64,000 nucleotides of DNA from an uncultured delta proteobacterium (lineage in GTDB: Bacteria; Desulfobacterota; Desulfobaccia; Desulfobaccales; 0-14-0-80-60-11). The stretch spans positions 368,381 to 432,380 of the forward strand of contig CAWETI010000002.1 of NCBI GenBank assembly GCA_963812015.1, read 5' to 3'. Positions 54,704 to 64,000 of this stretch are shown piece after piece; positions within the stretch are counted from its first letter, which is position 1; each line of letters begins with the position of its first letter. The notes under the pieces are model-generated. The model worked only from the letters and a program-made list of their open reading frames with translations, ran no database searches and had not been told where the DNA came from. A program made the position numbers and the translations under genes.

Positions 54704-54940
54704 TCAAGCCGGGGACCGCCCCGGGGCCTGGCCCTCCGGGGAGCCGCTCCGGTCTTCGCATTGACACGGTCCGTGCTTGTGGACCAGTCGGTTGAGCCTG
54801 GCGCAATAAAGCGCCGCAAAGGTTCTGCAGGACCCGGACCCATCAACCGCCTCAGTCCGGGGAAATGAGGCATGCTCACAAGATAAGTCACACCACTTCA
54901 CGGGGTTCCCTCCTGCCACCCGTTGATTTAGCCGCATCAT
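54704..54940 (-). CDS. small Cys-rich protein (KWCDLSC...GSGSC...LYC...GPC)
   Basis: 78-aa 3' portion of the 284-aa track ORF. Only this part lies outside the sulfotransferase gene and has a protein-like, Cys-patterned sequence. Tandem ATG start. Confidence 0.45.
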   Translation of the reverse strand: MMRLNQRVAGGNPVKWCDLSCEHASFPRTEAVDGSGSCRTFAALYCARLNRLVHKHGPCQCEDRSGSPEGQAPGRSPA

Positions 54941-55172
54941 CTGCCAAAAATCAAGTTTTTTACTCCGGTCGGGACACCTTGAGCGGTGGGAGACCCACCG
55001 ACCCCGCGGCCCGGGGTGGCGGGCAGCCCCAGCAGCATCATCCGGTTGCTTAAAGCCGGCTGAGATTTTCTCGATTTTTTCTGAACCAGGTTGTAGAATA
55101 CCCCAGGCACGGTTACAATCAAAAAACATCGGAGTAAGGCCTCGGATAACCGGCCTCAAACCACCGCCGACC

Positions 55173-56432
55173 ATGATTTCGCCCATGACGAAACCGCCTG
55201 ACCGCCTCAATGGTTCGATGATATTGCACCTGATCAATGCCGCCGGCCGTCGGTTTGTGGGAAATGGGCTCAAATGGCTGAGCCTGGATGAACAGCTCCT
55301 GCTGGACAGGGCCTGCGAAGGCACCGGCCTGGATGACTTCGGAGACGACTCGTTCCGGGAAGGCTTGAGGGTCTTGTTACGGTCATATGAACTCGACGCC
55401 GAGTTCAGCTTTGTGGGCCGCATCTGCGTCAACGGCGACACGGTCCGGTTGCTGAGCAACCGGCTCCGGCTGGTGGCGGACCGCCGGCGCCATCCGGGCA
55501 TTGCGGCTGAAGTCATCCGACGGCCGCTGTTCATTACCGGGCTGCCCCGTAGCGGCACGACCTTTTTGCACGCCCTGCTGGCCCAGGACCCGGCCCATCG
55601 CGCCCCCCAGGTTTGGGAAGTGATGCACCCGTCCCCCCCGCCCGAAAAAGCGTCCTACGCCACCGATCCCCGCATCGCCACCACGGATAGGCAACTGAAG
55701 TGGGTCGACATCCTGATGCCGGATTTCAAAAAGGTGCACATGATCGGCGCCAGGCTGCCCCAAGAGTGCATCGCCATTACCAGCCACGACTTCCGCAGTT
55801 ATTCCTTCGAAACCATGGCGGCGGTGCATTCCTACCGGGCCTGGCACGACCGCCAGGACAAGCGCCCCGAATATGAGTTTCACCGGCAATTCCTGCAACA
55901 CTTGCAGTGGCGCTGCCCCGGCCAAAGGTGGGTGCTCAAGGCGCCCGGCCACCTGCTGGCCCTGGAGGCGCTGTTGCAGGTCTATCCCGATGCCTGCGTC
56001 CTGATGACGCATCGCGACCCCCTTAAGGTCCTGGCTTCGTGCGCCAGCTTCACCGAGGTATTGCGGAGCGCCTTCAGCGATCGGGTGGACAAGGTGTCGA
56101 TGGCCCGGCAAGTGGGGCAACGGTGGGAAGAAGGCGCCGGGCTGGCGGTGAAGTATCGGCAGGCAGGGAACCTGGGGGGCCAGTTGTTTGACGTCCAGTA
56201 CTTAGAATTGGTGCGGGACCCCATCTCCATGGCGCGGCGCATTTATGAACATTTCGACCTGGAGTTGACCGCGGCGGCGGAAACGGCTATGCAGCGGTTT
56301 CTGGCGGAGAACCCCCAGAACAAAGGCGGGGTGCACCGCTATTCCCTGGAAGAATTCGGGTTTAACCGCGAGGAGGAAAGACGTCGCTTTCAAGCCTACC
56401 TGGATTGTTTCGGCATTGAGCCGGAGAGCTGA
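55173..56432 (+). CDS. sulfotransferase family protein
   Basis: 5'-PSB motif FITGLPRSGTTFLHALL and a downstream RDP...S pattern of PAPS-dependent sulfotransferases. Confidence 0.8.
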   Translation: MISPMTKPPDRLNGSMILHLINAAGRRFVGNGLKWLSLDEQLLLDRACEGTGLDDFGDDSFREGLRVLLRSYELDAEFSFVGRICVNGDTVRLLSNRLRLVADRRRHPGIAAEVIRRPLFITGLPRSGTTFLHALLAQDPAHRAPQVWEVMHPSPPPEKASYATDPRIATTDRQLKWVDILMPDFKKVHMIGARLPQECIAITSHDFRSYSFETMAAVHSYRAWHDRQDKRPEYEFHRQFLQHLQWRCPGQRWVLKAPGHLLALEALLQVYPDACVLMTHRDPLKVLASCASFTEVLRSAFSDRVDKVSMARQVGQRWEEGAGLAVKYRQAGNLGGQLFDVQYLELVRDPISMARRIYEHFDLELTAAAETAMQRFLAENPQNKGGVHRYSLEEFGFNREEERRRFQAYLDCFGIEPES

Positions 56433-56510
56433 TGAACCGGGGGGCGGGGGGAGGGTGGTAAATCGGGGCGCGACCGGCAGGTTCAGGCCCCATCGTACCT
56501 CAGACCAGCA

Positions 56511-56536
56511 AAAAGCGGCCGCAAGGCCGCTTTTTT
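56511..56536. terminator. bidirectional rho-independent terminator
   Basis: AAAA-GCGGCC-GCAA-GGCCGC-TTTTTT. Confidence 0.7.
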
Positions 56537-56799
56537 GGATCAGTGGGGTTGGGCCGGACCGGCCGGGTCGGTCTCGGGCAGGCTATCCAGGTCTGAGGCG
56601 TCAGTCCCCAGTATCTCTTCGGCCCCCAGCATCTCTTCCGACCCGGGCATCCCCTCCTCGGCTTCCGACAACGGGGCTTTGCCCTGGCGGCGTTTCATCT
56701 TGTCGTCGTTCTTCTGTTTCCGGGCTAATTCTTTGGCGCGCTTTTTGCCAGCCGTAACGATTTCGGGCCAAATTGATCCTCCCTGGGGCTTAAAATGCC

Positions 56800-56833
56800 A
56801 GAACTCCGGAAGTCCGGAGACCGCCGGAGTTCT
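56800..56833 (-). terminator. intrinsic terminator downstream of cspA
   Basis: Perfect 10-bp stem AGAACTCCGG/CCGGAGTTCT. On the transcribed strand it is followed by GGCAUUUUAA. Confidence 0.55.
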
Positions 56834-56852
56834 GACTCTCAGGCTTTGCAGT

Positions 56853-57056
56853 CTAGAGTTTTACCACGTTTTGGGCCTGAGCCCCTTTGGGACCCTGGAC
56901 CACCTCAAACTCCACTTCCTGGTCTTCCGCCAGGGAGCGGAAGCCGTCGCCCTGGATGGCACTGTGATGCACAAATACATCCGGACCGCTCTCCCGGGTG
57001 ATGAAGCCAAAGCCCTTGGAGTCATTAAACCATTTTACTCTGCCAGTTTCCTTCAT
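56853..57056 (-). CDS. cspA: cold-shock protein (CspA family)
   Basis: [15 protein letters not shown] (RNP1) and VFVHHS (RNP2). 67 aa. Confidence 0.97.
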   Translation of the reverse strand: MKETGRVKWFNDSKGFGFITRESGPDVFVHHSAIQGDGFRSLAEDQEVEFEVVQGPKGAQAQNVVKL

Positions 57057-57218
57057 TGCTGAAAAACCTCCTACGGATGCTACAGTAATTTTCCCGCTAA
57101 AAAAGCAGGGAGCCAGCAGTCAGGCAAAAAAAAATCGGCAGAGGACTTAGCATCCCCGTCCGATTTCCGTCCAGGACTTATGGCCCTGCTTTCAGTCTGA
57201 CATGCTAAACTTCATTAA

Positions 57219-57246
57219 ATTTTATCAAAGAATTAACGCTTGTCAA
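57219..57246 (-). promoter_or_regulatory. candidate sigma-70 promoter of cspA with a long 5' UTR
   Basis: Minus strand: TTGACA - 16 nt - TAAAAT, about 160 nt upstream of the cspA ATG. Confidence 0.5.
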
Positions 57247-57750
57247 GTGAATAATAGACCGCCCCGATATTCTCCGGTGGTCCAGTCGGCTTCAGCGGTC
57301 ATGGGCCCCCCACCCCGCTGGCCTGGACTTGATGCCAGCCTGGTCTCCGCCTCAAGGGGAGCAAGAGAAAACTCCCCCAAAACCCCGGCGAAACGGGGTG
57401 GGGGCTGATGGTTCAAATTTAGGCCCGGACTCTGGGGGGAAAATTCCTGGGTCTCGGCGAATTCTCTAGGCGCGGTTCCCCAAATGGCGAAAATCTATTC
57501 CCAAAAAAATTTATTTCCCGGCGGCGATTTTTCTCCCTTTTGGGGTTCTATAAAGCAAGGCGGGATCATCATTGAATCCCAACAGGTTCGCGGCGATCAA
57601 GAGGTCAAGGGTATTCCGTACGATCAGCACTTGGTGATTTGTAACCTAATCCTCAAGATGCCCCCCTGGGGCTAAATGATTCTTTAAGTTTCTGGTCAGT
57701 TTGGATACTTGGGGGCGCCCTTGGCTCCCACATTAACGAAGCCCACTTTT

Positions 57751-57763
57751 TAGGGAAACCCAA
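57751..57763. promoter_or_regulatory. TAGGGAAACCCAA half-degenerate copy of the TAGGG-N3-4-CCCTA motif upstream of mdtA
   Basis: Sequence similarity to the motif copies at 40774, 41145 and 45966. Right arm imperfect. Confidence 0.2.
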
Positions 57764-58002
57764 CCCACAAATAGGGTTGGCTAGAGCCTTTTCAGGGTGA
57801 AAATTCGTTCGGTTACAGCCAGAATGCCCTTGGCAGTCGAGTCTTGGGAACTATCTTCTTCCCTAACCTTAAGAATATCGTTATGTTTATAATTTATGTA
57901 TCCTACGCCTGGCGCGGGAACAGCGACACTATTTTTCAACGGCCAGTCGGGCTAGTTGGCTCATTGCAGATCATCTAAGGGATTCGAAGTGAGACCATCA
58001 CT

Positions 58003-59220
58003 ATGACGTTCAGACCATACACCGAGAAAAATGCTCTATCGGAGCGCCTTACCCCGGGGGGTTGGCTCAATCGCTGGTGGATTTGGCTCCTGGCGGCCAG
58101 TCTTTTAGGGATCGTGGCCTACACCCAGTTAAGCAAGCCGGCCAAGCTGACCGGAGGCTTAGCCAAGCAAGGGGTTTCCCCGGCGCCCCAAAGTGTTCCG
58201 GTTACAGCAGCAGCGGCGAAGCGGGGAGATATCCCCATATATCTCACTGGGCTCGGCTCCGTCACCCCGCTCCGTACCGTCACCGTAAAGAGCCGGGTGG
58301 ATGGAGAGCTGATGCGGGTCTCGTACAAGGAGGGACAGATTGTCGGCAAGGGCTATCTCTTGGCGGAAATCGACCCCCGACCATACGAAGCCCAATTGAC
58401 CCAGACCCAGGGTCAGATGGTCCGCGACCAGGCCTTACTGAAGAACGCCAGAGTGGACCTGGAGCGCTACCGGGTCCTATCCGGCCAGGATTCCGTCGCC
58501 AAACAGATATACGATACCCAAAAATCCCTGGTGCGTCAGCTTGAGGGCACCGTCAAGTTCGATCAGGGCCAGATCGACAATGCCAAACTGCAGCTCATTT
58601 ATGCACGGATCACCGCCCCCGTCAGCGGGCGCATCGGCCTGCGGGCCGTGGACCCGGGCAACATCATTCACGCCACCGATACCACTGGGCTCGCCGTGAT
58701 CACGCAACTCGAACCCATCACGGTCATCTTTACCATCCCCGAGGACAACCTGCCCGAGGTGCTCGCCAAGCTCAGAGCCGGAGACCGCCTGGCAGTGGAT
58801 GCCTATAACCGCGAGCAAAGCAAAAAACTCGCCACGGGGTCTTTGCTGACGGTCGATAACCAGATCGATCCGAACTCCGGCACGGTCCGACTCAAGGCGG
58901 AGTTCCCCAACAAAGATCATGGGCTTTTCCCCAACCAGTTCGTCAATGCCCGCCTGCTTCTGGACACCAGGCGGGGAACCACGGTGATACCCACCGCCGC
59001 CATCCAGCGAAGCCCCCAGGCGACTTTCGTCTTTCTGGTCAAGGCCGATCAGACCGTCACGGTCCGCCAGGTGCGCCTCGGACCCACGGCAGGGGATCAG
59101 GTCTCCGTCGACGAGGGCCTCTCACCCGGTGATCTCGTGGTGGTGGAGGGCGCAGAGAGGCTGCGTGAGGGGAGCAAGATCGAGTTAAAAAGCCCCGGGA
59201 ACTCGGGGAAAGCCAAGTAA
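58003..59220 (+). CDS. mdtA: RND efflux membrane-fusion (periplasmic adaptor) protein
   Basis: TM anchor, then a lipoyl/hairpin/beta-barrel pattern ([24 protein letters not shown]). Followed by two tandem RND pumps as in mdtABC. Confidence 0.9.
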   Translation: MTFRPYTEKNALSERLTPGGWLNRWWIWLLAASLLGIVAYTQLSKPAKLTGGLAKQGVSPAPQSVPVTAAAAKRGDIPIYLTGLGSVTPLRTVTVKSRVDGELMRVSYKEGQIVGKGYLLAEIDPRPYEAQLTQTQGQMVRDQALLKNARVDLERYRVLSGQDSVAKQIYDTQKSLVRQLEGTVKFDQGQIDNAKLQLIYARITAPVSGRIGLRAVDPGNIIHATDTTGLAVITQLEPITVIFTIPEDNLPEVLAKLRAGDRLAVDAYNREQSKKLATGSLLTVDNQIDPNSGTVRLKAEFPNKDHGLFPNQFVNARLLLDTRRGTTVIPTAAIQRSPQATFVFLVKADQTVTVRQVRLGPTAGDQVSVDEGLSPGDLVVVEGAERLREGSKIELKSPGNSGKAK

Positions 59221-62200
59221 TGAACCCTTCCCGCACTTTCATCCTGCGTCCGGTGGCGACCACCCTGCTGATGGCGGCCATCATTCTGGCCGGGGCGGTG
59301 GCCTACTACCAGTTGCCGGTTTCGGCCCTGCCCCAGGTGGATTACCCGACTATCCAGGTGCTCACCTTTTTCCCGGGCGCCAGCCCCGATGTCATGGCTT
59401 CATCCATCACCGCCCCTCTGGAGCGTCAGTTCGGCCAAATGCCGGGGCTCAAGCAGATGACGTCCAACAGTTCCGGGGGCAGTTCGGTCATCATCCTGCA
59501 ATTCGGTCTGGCCCTCAGTCTGGACGTGGCCGAACAGGAGGTCCAGGCGGCTATCAATGCGGCCGCGACCTTTTTGCCGAAAGACCTGCCCAATCCACCG
59601 GTCTACAGCAAGGTCAATCCGGCGGATGCGCCGATCCTGACGCTGGCTCTCACTTCAGAGACTCTGCCGCTGCCCAAAATCGAAGACCTGGCGGATACCC
59701 GACTCGCCCAGAAGATCTCCCAACTGCCGGGGGTGGGCCTCGTCAGTATCAGCGGCGGACAGCGGCCGGCGGTGCGGATTCAGGCCAACCCCACGGCTCT
59801 GGCTGCTTACGGCCTCACCCTGGAAGACCTGCGCACCGCTATTGGGGTGGCCAACACCAACCAGGCGAAAGGTGGCTTTGACGGTCTACGCCAGTCATCC
59901 ATCATCGGGGCGAACGATCAGCTCTTTACCGGCAAGGAGTATCTGCCGCTGATCATCGCCTATGTCAATGGCGCCCCCGTGAAGCTAGGCGACGTGGCCG
60001 ACGCCATCGACGACGCCGAAAACGTGCGGCAGGCAGCCTGGATGAACGATGTGCCGGCGGTGATCGTCAACGTTCAGCGGCAACCGGGCTCCAACGTCAT
60101 CGAGGTCGTCGACCGCGTAAAAAGCCTGCTGCCGCAGTTGCAAAGTGCTCTGCCGCCTGCGGTGCACGTCTCCGTGCTCACCGACCGCACCGTGACCATC
60201 CGCGCTTCTGTCCATGGAGTCCAGTTCGAGATGATGCTGGCAGTGGCCCTGGTGGTGCTGGTGATCTTTTTATTTCTGCGGAACCTCCGGGCCACGATCA
60301 TTCCGAGCGTGGCCGTGCCGCTCTCCCTGGTGGGCACCTTCGGGGTGATGTATCTGCTGGGATTCAGCCTGAACAATCTGTCGTTGATGGCCCTCACCAT
60401 TGCCACCGGCTTCGTGGTGGACGACGCCATCGTCATGATCGAAAATGTCTCTCGATACCTCGAACAGGGAGATCCACCCCTGCAGGCGGCCCTCAAAGGC
60501 TCGGAGCAAATCGCCTTCACCATCCTGTCCCTGACTGTGTCGCTGATCGCCGTGCTGATTCCGGTCCTGTTCATGGGCGAGGTGGTGGGCCGGTTATTCC
60601 GGGAGTTTGCCATTACCCTCGGCGTGACGATTCTCCTCTCTGCCGTGGTGTCCCTCACCCTGACCCCGATGATGTGCGCCCGGCTACTGCGGCATACGCC
60701 GGAAGAACAGCAGAGTCGGCTCTTTCTCTCCTCCCAGCGGGTCTACGACCGGATTATCGAGTTCTACGCCTCGACGCTGCGCTGGGTGCTGAAGCACCAG
60801 ACGGGGACGCTCCTGGTCGCGGTGGCAACCCTGGTCATGACGGTGCTTCTGTACGTCATCGTTCCCAAGGGCTTTTTTCCGGTTCAAGACACCGGCATCA
60901 TCCTGGGCATTTCCGAGGCCCCGCAAAGGATCTCGTTTGCGGCCATGGCGGAGCGCCAGCAGGTCCTGGCGAAGGAAATCCTCCAGGACCCGGCCGTCGA
61001 AAGCCTCTCCACCTTCATCGGCGTGGACGGAACCAATACCACCCTCAACAGCGGGCGGGTGCTCATCAACCTTAAGCCCTTGGAAGAGCGCCGCATAAGC
61101 GCCAGCGAGATCATCCGCCGCCTGCAGCCGCGGCTCGCCAAGCTCGAGGGCATCACCCTCTTCATGCAGCCGGTGCAAGACCTCTCGGTGGAGGATCGCG
61201 TCAGCCGGACGCAATACCAGTATAGCCTCGAGGATCCTGATAGCAACGAATTGAACCGCTGGGCTCCCAGGTTGGTTGAAGCTCTCCGGAAACGGCCCGA
61301 ACTTCGGGAGGTGAGCAGCGATCAACAGGACGAGGGGCTGCAGGTTTACCTGACCATCGACCGCAGCACCGCGTCGCGCCTCGGCATCACGCCCCAGCTC
61401 ATCGATGACACCCTCTACGACGCCTTCGGCCAGCGCCAGGTGTCCACGATCTTCACCCAGTTGAACCAGTATCGCGTCGTTTTAGAGGTCAAGCCCGACT
61501 TTCAGCGAACCCCCGACAAACTGGAGGCGATTTATATCCGCAGTATCGGCGGCGGCAAAGTGCCGTTGAGCGCCATCACCCGGGCCGAAGAGACGACCGG
61601 CCCCCTCGTCATCAGCCACCAGGGGCAGTTTCCGGCCACGACCCTGTCGTTCAATCTGGCTCCGGGGGTTTCCCTGGGTGGAGCGGTGGAGCTCATGGAG
61701 GCGACTACGAAGCAGCTGGGACTGCCGCCCAGCATCCGGGGCAGTTTTCAGGGCACGGCCCGGGCCTTCCAGGCCTCCCTGGCCAACGAACCGCTGTTGA
61801 TCCTGGCAGCCCTGGTGACGGTCTACATCGTCTTGGGAGTGTTGTACGAGAGCTATATCCACCCCATCACCATCATCTCGACCCTCCCTTCGGCCGGAGT
61901 CGGGGCGATTCTCGCGCTTCTCCTCTGCCGCACCGAGTTCAGCGTCATCGCCCTCATCGGCATCATTTTGTTGATCGGCATCGTCAAGAAAAACGGCATC
62001 ATGATAGTGGACTTTGCCCTGGATGCCGAGCGCAAGGGAGGGAAGCCTCCGGAGGAGGCGATCTATCAGGCCTGCCTGTTGAGATTCCGGCCGATCATGA
62101 TGACGACCATGGCGGCCCTTTTGGGGGCGCTGCCCCTGGCCATAGGGACCGGATTGGGGTCCGAGCTGCGTCATCCCCTGGGCATCTCCATCGTCGGCGG

Positions 62201-62333
62201 GCTGATTTTCAGCCAGGTGCTCACCCTCTACACGACTCCGGTCATCTACCTCTGGTTTGATCGGCTGGCAGGACGCCTGGGCAAGGGTCGCTCGGCAGAC
62301 TCGCAGCAAGGGGACTTCACGGAACCGGCATGA
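59220..62333 (+). CDS. mdtB: RND multidrug efflux permease
   Basis: 1037 aa. N-terminus RPVATTLLM...[48 protein letters not shown] closely follows E. coli MdtB as remembered. Confidence 0.93.
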   Translation: MNPSRTFILRPVATTLLMAAIILAGAVAYYQLPVSALPQVDYPTIQVLTFFPGASPDVMASSITAPLERQFGQMPGLKQMTSNSSGGSSVIILQFGLALSLDVAEQEVQAAINAAATFLPKDLPNPPVYSKVNPADAPILTLALTSETLPLPKIEDLADTRLAQKISQLPGVGLVSISGGQRPAVRIQANPTALAAYGLTLEDLRTAIGVANTNQAKGGFDGLRQSSIIGANDQLFTGKEYLPLIIAYVNGAPVKLGDVADAIDDAENVRQAAWMNDVPAVIVNVQRQPGSNVIEVVDRVKSLLPQLQSALPPAVHVSVLTDRTVTIRASVHGVQFEMMLAVALVVLVIFLFLRNLRATIIPSVAVPLSLVGTFGVMYLLGFSLNNLSLMALTIATGFVVDDAIVMIENVSRYLEQGDPPLQAALKGSEQIAFTILSLTVSLIAVLIPVLFMGEVVGRLFREFAITLGVTILLSAVVSLTLTPMMCARLLRHTPEEQQSRLFLSSQRVYDRIIEFYASTLRWVLKHQTGTLLVAVATLVMTVLLYVIVPKGFFPVQDTGIILGISEAPQRISFAAMAERQQVLAKEILQDPAVESLSTFIGVDGTNTTLNSGRVLINLKPLEERRISASEIIRRLQPRLAKLEGITLFMQPVQDLSVEDRVSRTQYQYSLEDPDSNELNRWAPRLVEALRKRPELREVSSDQQDEGLQVYLTIDRSTASRLGITPQLIDDTLYDAFGQRQVSTIFTQLNQYRVVLEVKPDFQRTPDKLEAIYIRSIGGGKVPLSAITRAEETTGPLVISHQGQFPATTLSFNLAPGVSLGGAVELMEATTKQLGLPPSIRGSFQGTARAFQASLANEPLLILAALVTVYIVLGVLYESYIHPITIISTLPSAGVGAILALLLCRTEFSVIALIGIILLIGIVKKNGIMIVDFALDAERKGGKPPEEAIYQACLLRFRPIMMTTMAALLGALPLAIGTGLGSELRHPLGISIVGGLIFSQVLTLYTTPVIYLWFDRLAGRLGKGRSADSQQGDFTEPA

Positions 62334-64000
62334 ACATCACGGCCCCCTTCATCAAAAGGCCGGTGGCCACGACCCTGCTCACCGTCGGCATGGCGCTGGC
62401 CGGGATCATAGCCTTTCATTTCTTGCCCGTATCTCCCCTGCCCCAGGTGGATTTCCCGACGATCCAGGTCTCGGCAAGCCTGCCGGGGGCCGACCCCGAA
62501 ACCATGGCTACTTCGGTGGCGGCGCCTTTGGAACGGCAATTCGGACACATTGCCGGGGTGACCGAGATGACCTCGTCCAGTTACCGGGGGATAACCAATG
62601 TCGTGTTGCAGTTCGATTTGAACCGCAACATCGACGGGGCCGCCCGGGACGTCCAGGCCGCCATCAATGCGGCGCAAAGTTATCTGCCGTCGACGCTGCC
62701 CAACCTCCCCACCTACCGCAAGGTCAACCCGGCCGATGCCCCGATTCTCATCGTGTCTCTCACCTCCGACACGGTGGACAGGGCGCGCATGTATGATGCG
62801 GCTTCCACCATTCTCCAGCAAAAAATCTCCCAGGTGGAGGGAGTCGGCACGGTGTTCGCGGGAGGCGGTTCTTTGCCGGCGGTCCGGGTGGAACTGAACC
62901 CTACGGCGGTGCACAAATACGGGATCGGCCTTGAGGATGTGCGCAGTCTGTTGGGTAACACCAACGTCAACCGGCCCAAGGGACAACTGGCGGATGGAAC
63001 CAAAAGCCGGGAGATCAGGACCAACGATCAACTCTTCAAGGCCGAGCAGTACCGGGATCTGATCGTAACTTACAGCTCCGGGGCGCCGGTCCGGTTGGCG
63101 GATCTGGGCGAGGTCGATGACTCAGTTGAGGATGTGCGAGCCGAGGGGCTGATGAACGGCAAGACCGCGGTGATGCTGGTCATTTTTAGAAGCCCCGGGG
63201 CCAACATTATCGACACGGTGGATCGGATTCGCGGCCTGATGCCGCAGTTGCAAGCCTCCATTCCCCAGGGGATCAATCTGTCGGTCGTGGTGGACCGAAG
63301 TCCGCCCATCCGCAGTTCACTCAAGGATGTCGAATTCACCCTGGTGATTTCGGGCACCCTCGTCATTCTGGTGGTGTTCGCCTTCCTGCGGAATATCCGG
63401 GCCACCCTCATCCCGGGGGTGGCGGTGCCGGTGTCCCTCATCAGCACCTTCGGGGTGATGTATCTGCTGGGCTACAGCGTGGACAACCTCTCCCTCATGG
63501 CCCTCACGATTGCGACGGGCTTTGTGGTGGACGACGCCATTGTGGTGATAGAGAACATCACCCGTTACATCGAAAAAGGAGATTCCCCCCGGGAGGCGGC
63601 GTTCCTGGGAGCAAAGGAGATCACCTTTACGGTCGTATCCATGAGCGCCTCTCTGGTGGCGGTGTTCATCCCGCTCCTGTTGATGGGCGGTATGGTCGGC
63701 CGTCTGTTTCGCGAGTTCTCCGTGACGCTTTCCGCGGCTATCTTGATTTCTCTGCTAGTGTCCCTGACGACCACCCCCATGATGTGCGCCGCCCTCCTCA
63801 GGTCAGAGAAAGGCCGGGCTCACGGGCGCATCTACCGGGCCAGCGAGTGGATGTTCGAACTGCTGCGCCACACCTACGATATCAGCCTGGGCTGGGCCTT
63901 GCGGCACCCTCGCTTTATGCTCTCTCTGATGCTGCTCACGGTGGGATTGAATATCGGCCTGTTCCTTTACATTCCCAAGGGTTTCTTCCCCGAGCAGGAT
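62330..64000 (+). CDS. mdtC: RND multidrug efflux permease (partial, runs off the window end)
   Basis: ATGA overlap with mdt[73 protein letters not shown]. Frame open to 64000. Confidence 0.9.
   Translation, partial: MNITAPFIKRPVATTLLTVGMALAGIIAFHFLPVSPLPQVDFPTIQVSASLPGADPETMATSVAAPLERQFGHIAGVTEMTSSSYRGITNVVLQFDLNRNIDGAARDVQAAINAAQSYLPSTLPNLPTYRKVNPADAPILIVSLTSDTVDRARMYDAASTILQQKISQVEGVGTVFAGGGSLPAVRVELNPTAVHKYGIGLEDVRSLLGNTNVNRPKGQLADGTKSREIRTNDQLFKAEQYRDLIVTYSSGAPVRLADLGEVDDSVEDVRAEGLMNGKTAVMLVIFRSPGANIIDTVDRIRGLMPQLQASIPQGINLSVVVDRSPPIRSSLKDVEFTLVISGTLVILVVFAFLRNIRATLIPGVAVPVSLISTFGVMYLLGYSVDNLSLMALTIATGFVVDDAIVVIENITRYIEKGDSPREAAFLGAKEITFTVVSMSASLVAVFIPLLLMGGMVGRLFREFSVTLSAAILISLLVSLTTTPMMCAALLRSEKGRAHGRIYRASEWMFELLRHTYDISLGWALRHPRFMLSLMLLTVGLNIGLFLYIPKGFFPEQD

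Noticed and set aside
54941-55558. The 5' two-thirds of the 284-aa minus-strand ORF 54704-55558.
   Set aside because: It overlaps the well-supported sulfotransferase gene in antisense and is Ser/Arg-rich. Only the 3' 78 codons were kept as a candidate gene.
56540-56773. Possible small acidic protein on the minus strand downstream of the cspA terminator (…KKRAKELARKQKNDDKMKRRQGKAPLSEAEEGMPGSEEMLGAEEILGTDASDLDSLPETDPAGPAQPH).
   Set aside because: The sequence is protein-like and ends at a good terminator. However, the long form has no ATG/GTG/TTG after its GGGAGG (only ATT), and the internal ATG at 56698 has no RBS. I could not support it as a feature; it may deserve a Ribo-seq check.
57202-57675. 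Two short plus-strand ORFs (57202-57408, 57484-57675) between cspA and mdtA.
   Set aside because: The first overlaps the cspA promoter and leader. Both lack an RBS and protein-like features.

Overview
By eye this is a high-GC chromosomal segment from an anaerobic, Desulfobacterota-like (deltaproteobacterial) bacterium; the taxon is a guess from gene content only. About 60 genes look convincing.

In order along the window:
- A sigma-54-driven amtB-glnK-porin nitrogen operon.
- A group 3b (sulfhydrogenase-type, NAD(P)-linked) [NiFe] hydrogenase operon. It contains an embedded cyclic-nucleotide-binding protein, a maturation protease and a translationally coupled GapN-like aldehyde dehydrogenase.
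- A rhodanese/ferritin-like fusion next to an Fe-S/DUF3786 protein.
- An apparently frameshifted DUF523-DUF1722 gene.
- A class III PHA synthase (phaEC) followed by a tandem-GAF protein.
- A LivFGMH-plus-binding-protein ABC importer.
- nrfHA nitrite reductase with an extra coupled monohaem cytochrome c.
- lepA-hemW.
- An orphan hypA and a second hydrogenase endopeptidase.
- A FadL-type porin, then an overlapping acyltransferase / enolase-superfamily pair.
- A V4R-GAF-PAS-PAS HisKA_3 kinase followed by three tandem paralogous NarL/LuxR response regulators, the third truncated.
- A fourth response regulator with an ECF sigma / anti-sigma pair, a sulfotransferase and cspA.
- The start of an mdtABC RND efflux operon.

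I saw no rRNA, tRNA, CRISPR array, transposase or integrase.

The most unusual locus is 46.5-49.8 kb. On the opposite strand, directly after the breakpoint that truncates the third regulator, lie three things: a classical AAA+ ATPase with a degenerate N-terminal half, a visibly AT-rich decayed nucleoside-2-deoxyribosyltransferase/TIR-like gene remnant, and a 237-aa protein of unknown function. That protein has a secondary-structure-like layout and an N..V...C-L motif reminiscent of E2/UBC-fold proteins, which is a tentative reading. This looks like an inserted, possibly conflict/defence-type or protein-modification module with no described equivalent that I can name.

Other notable signals:
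- At least four families of short palindromic intergenic repeats. One family is embedded in the 5' end of the hemW reading frame.
- A recurrent TAGGG-N3-4-CCCTA inverted repeat in front of the kinase and regulator genes.
- A long hairpin built from 8-nt tandem repeats.

All functional calls come from motif and family recognition by eye. No database search was run.
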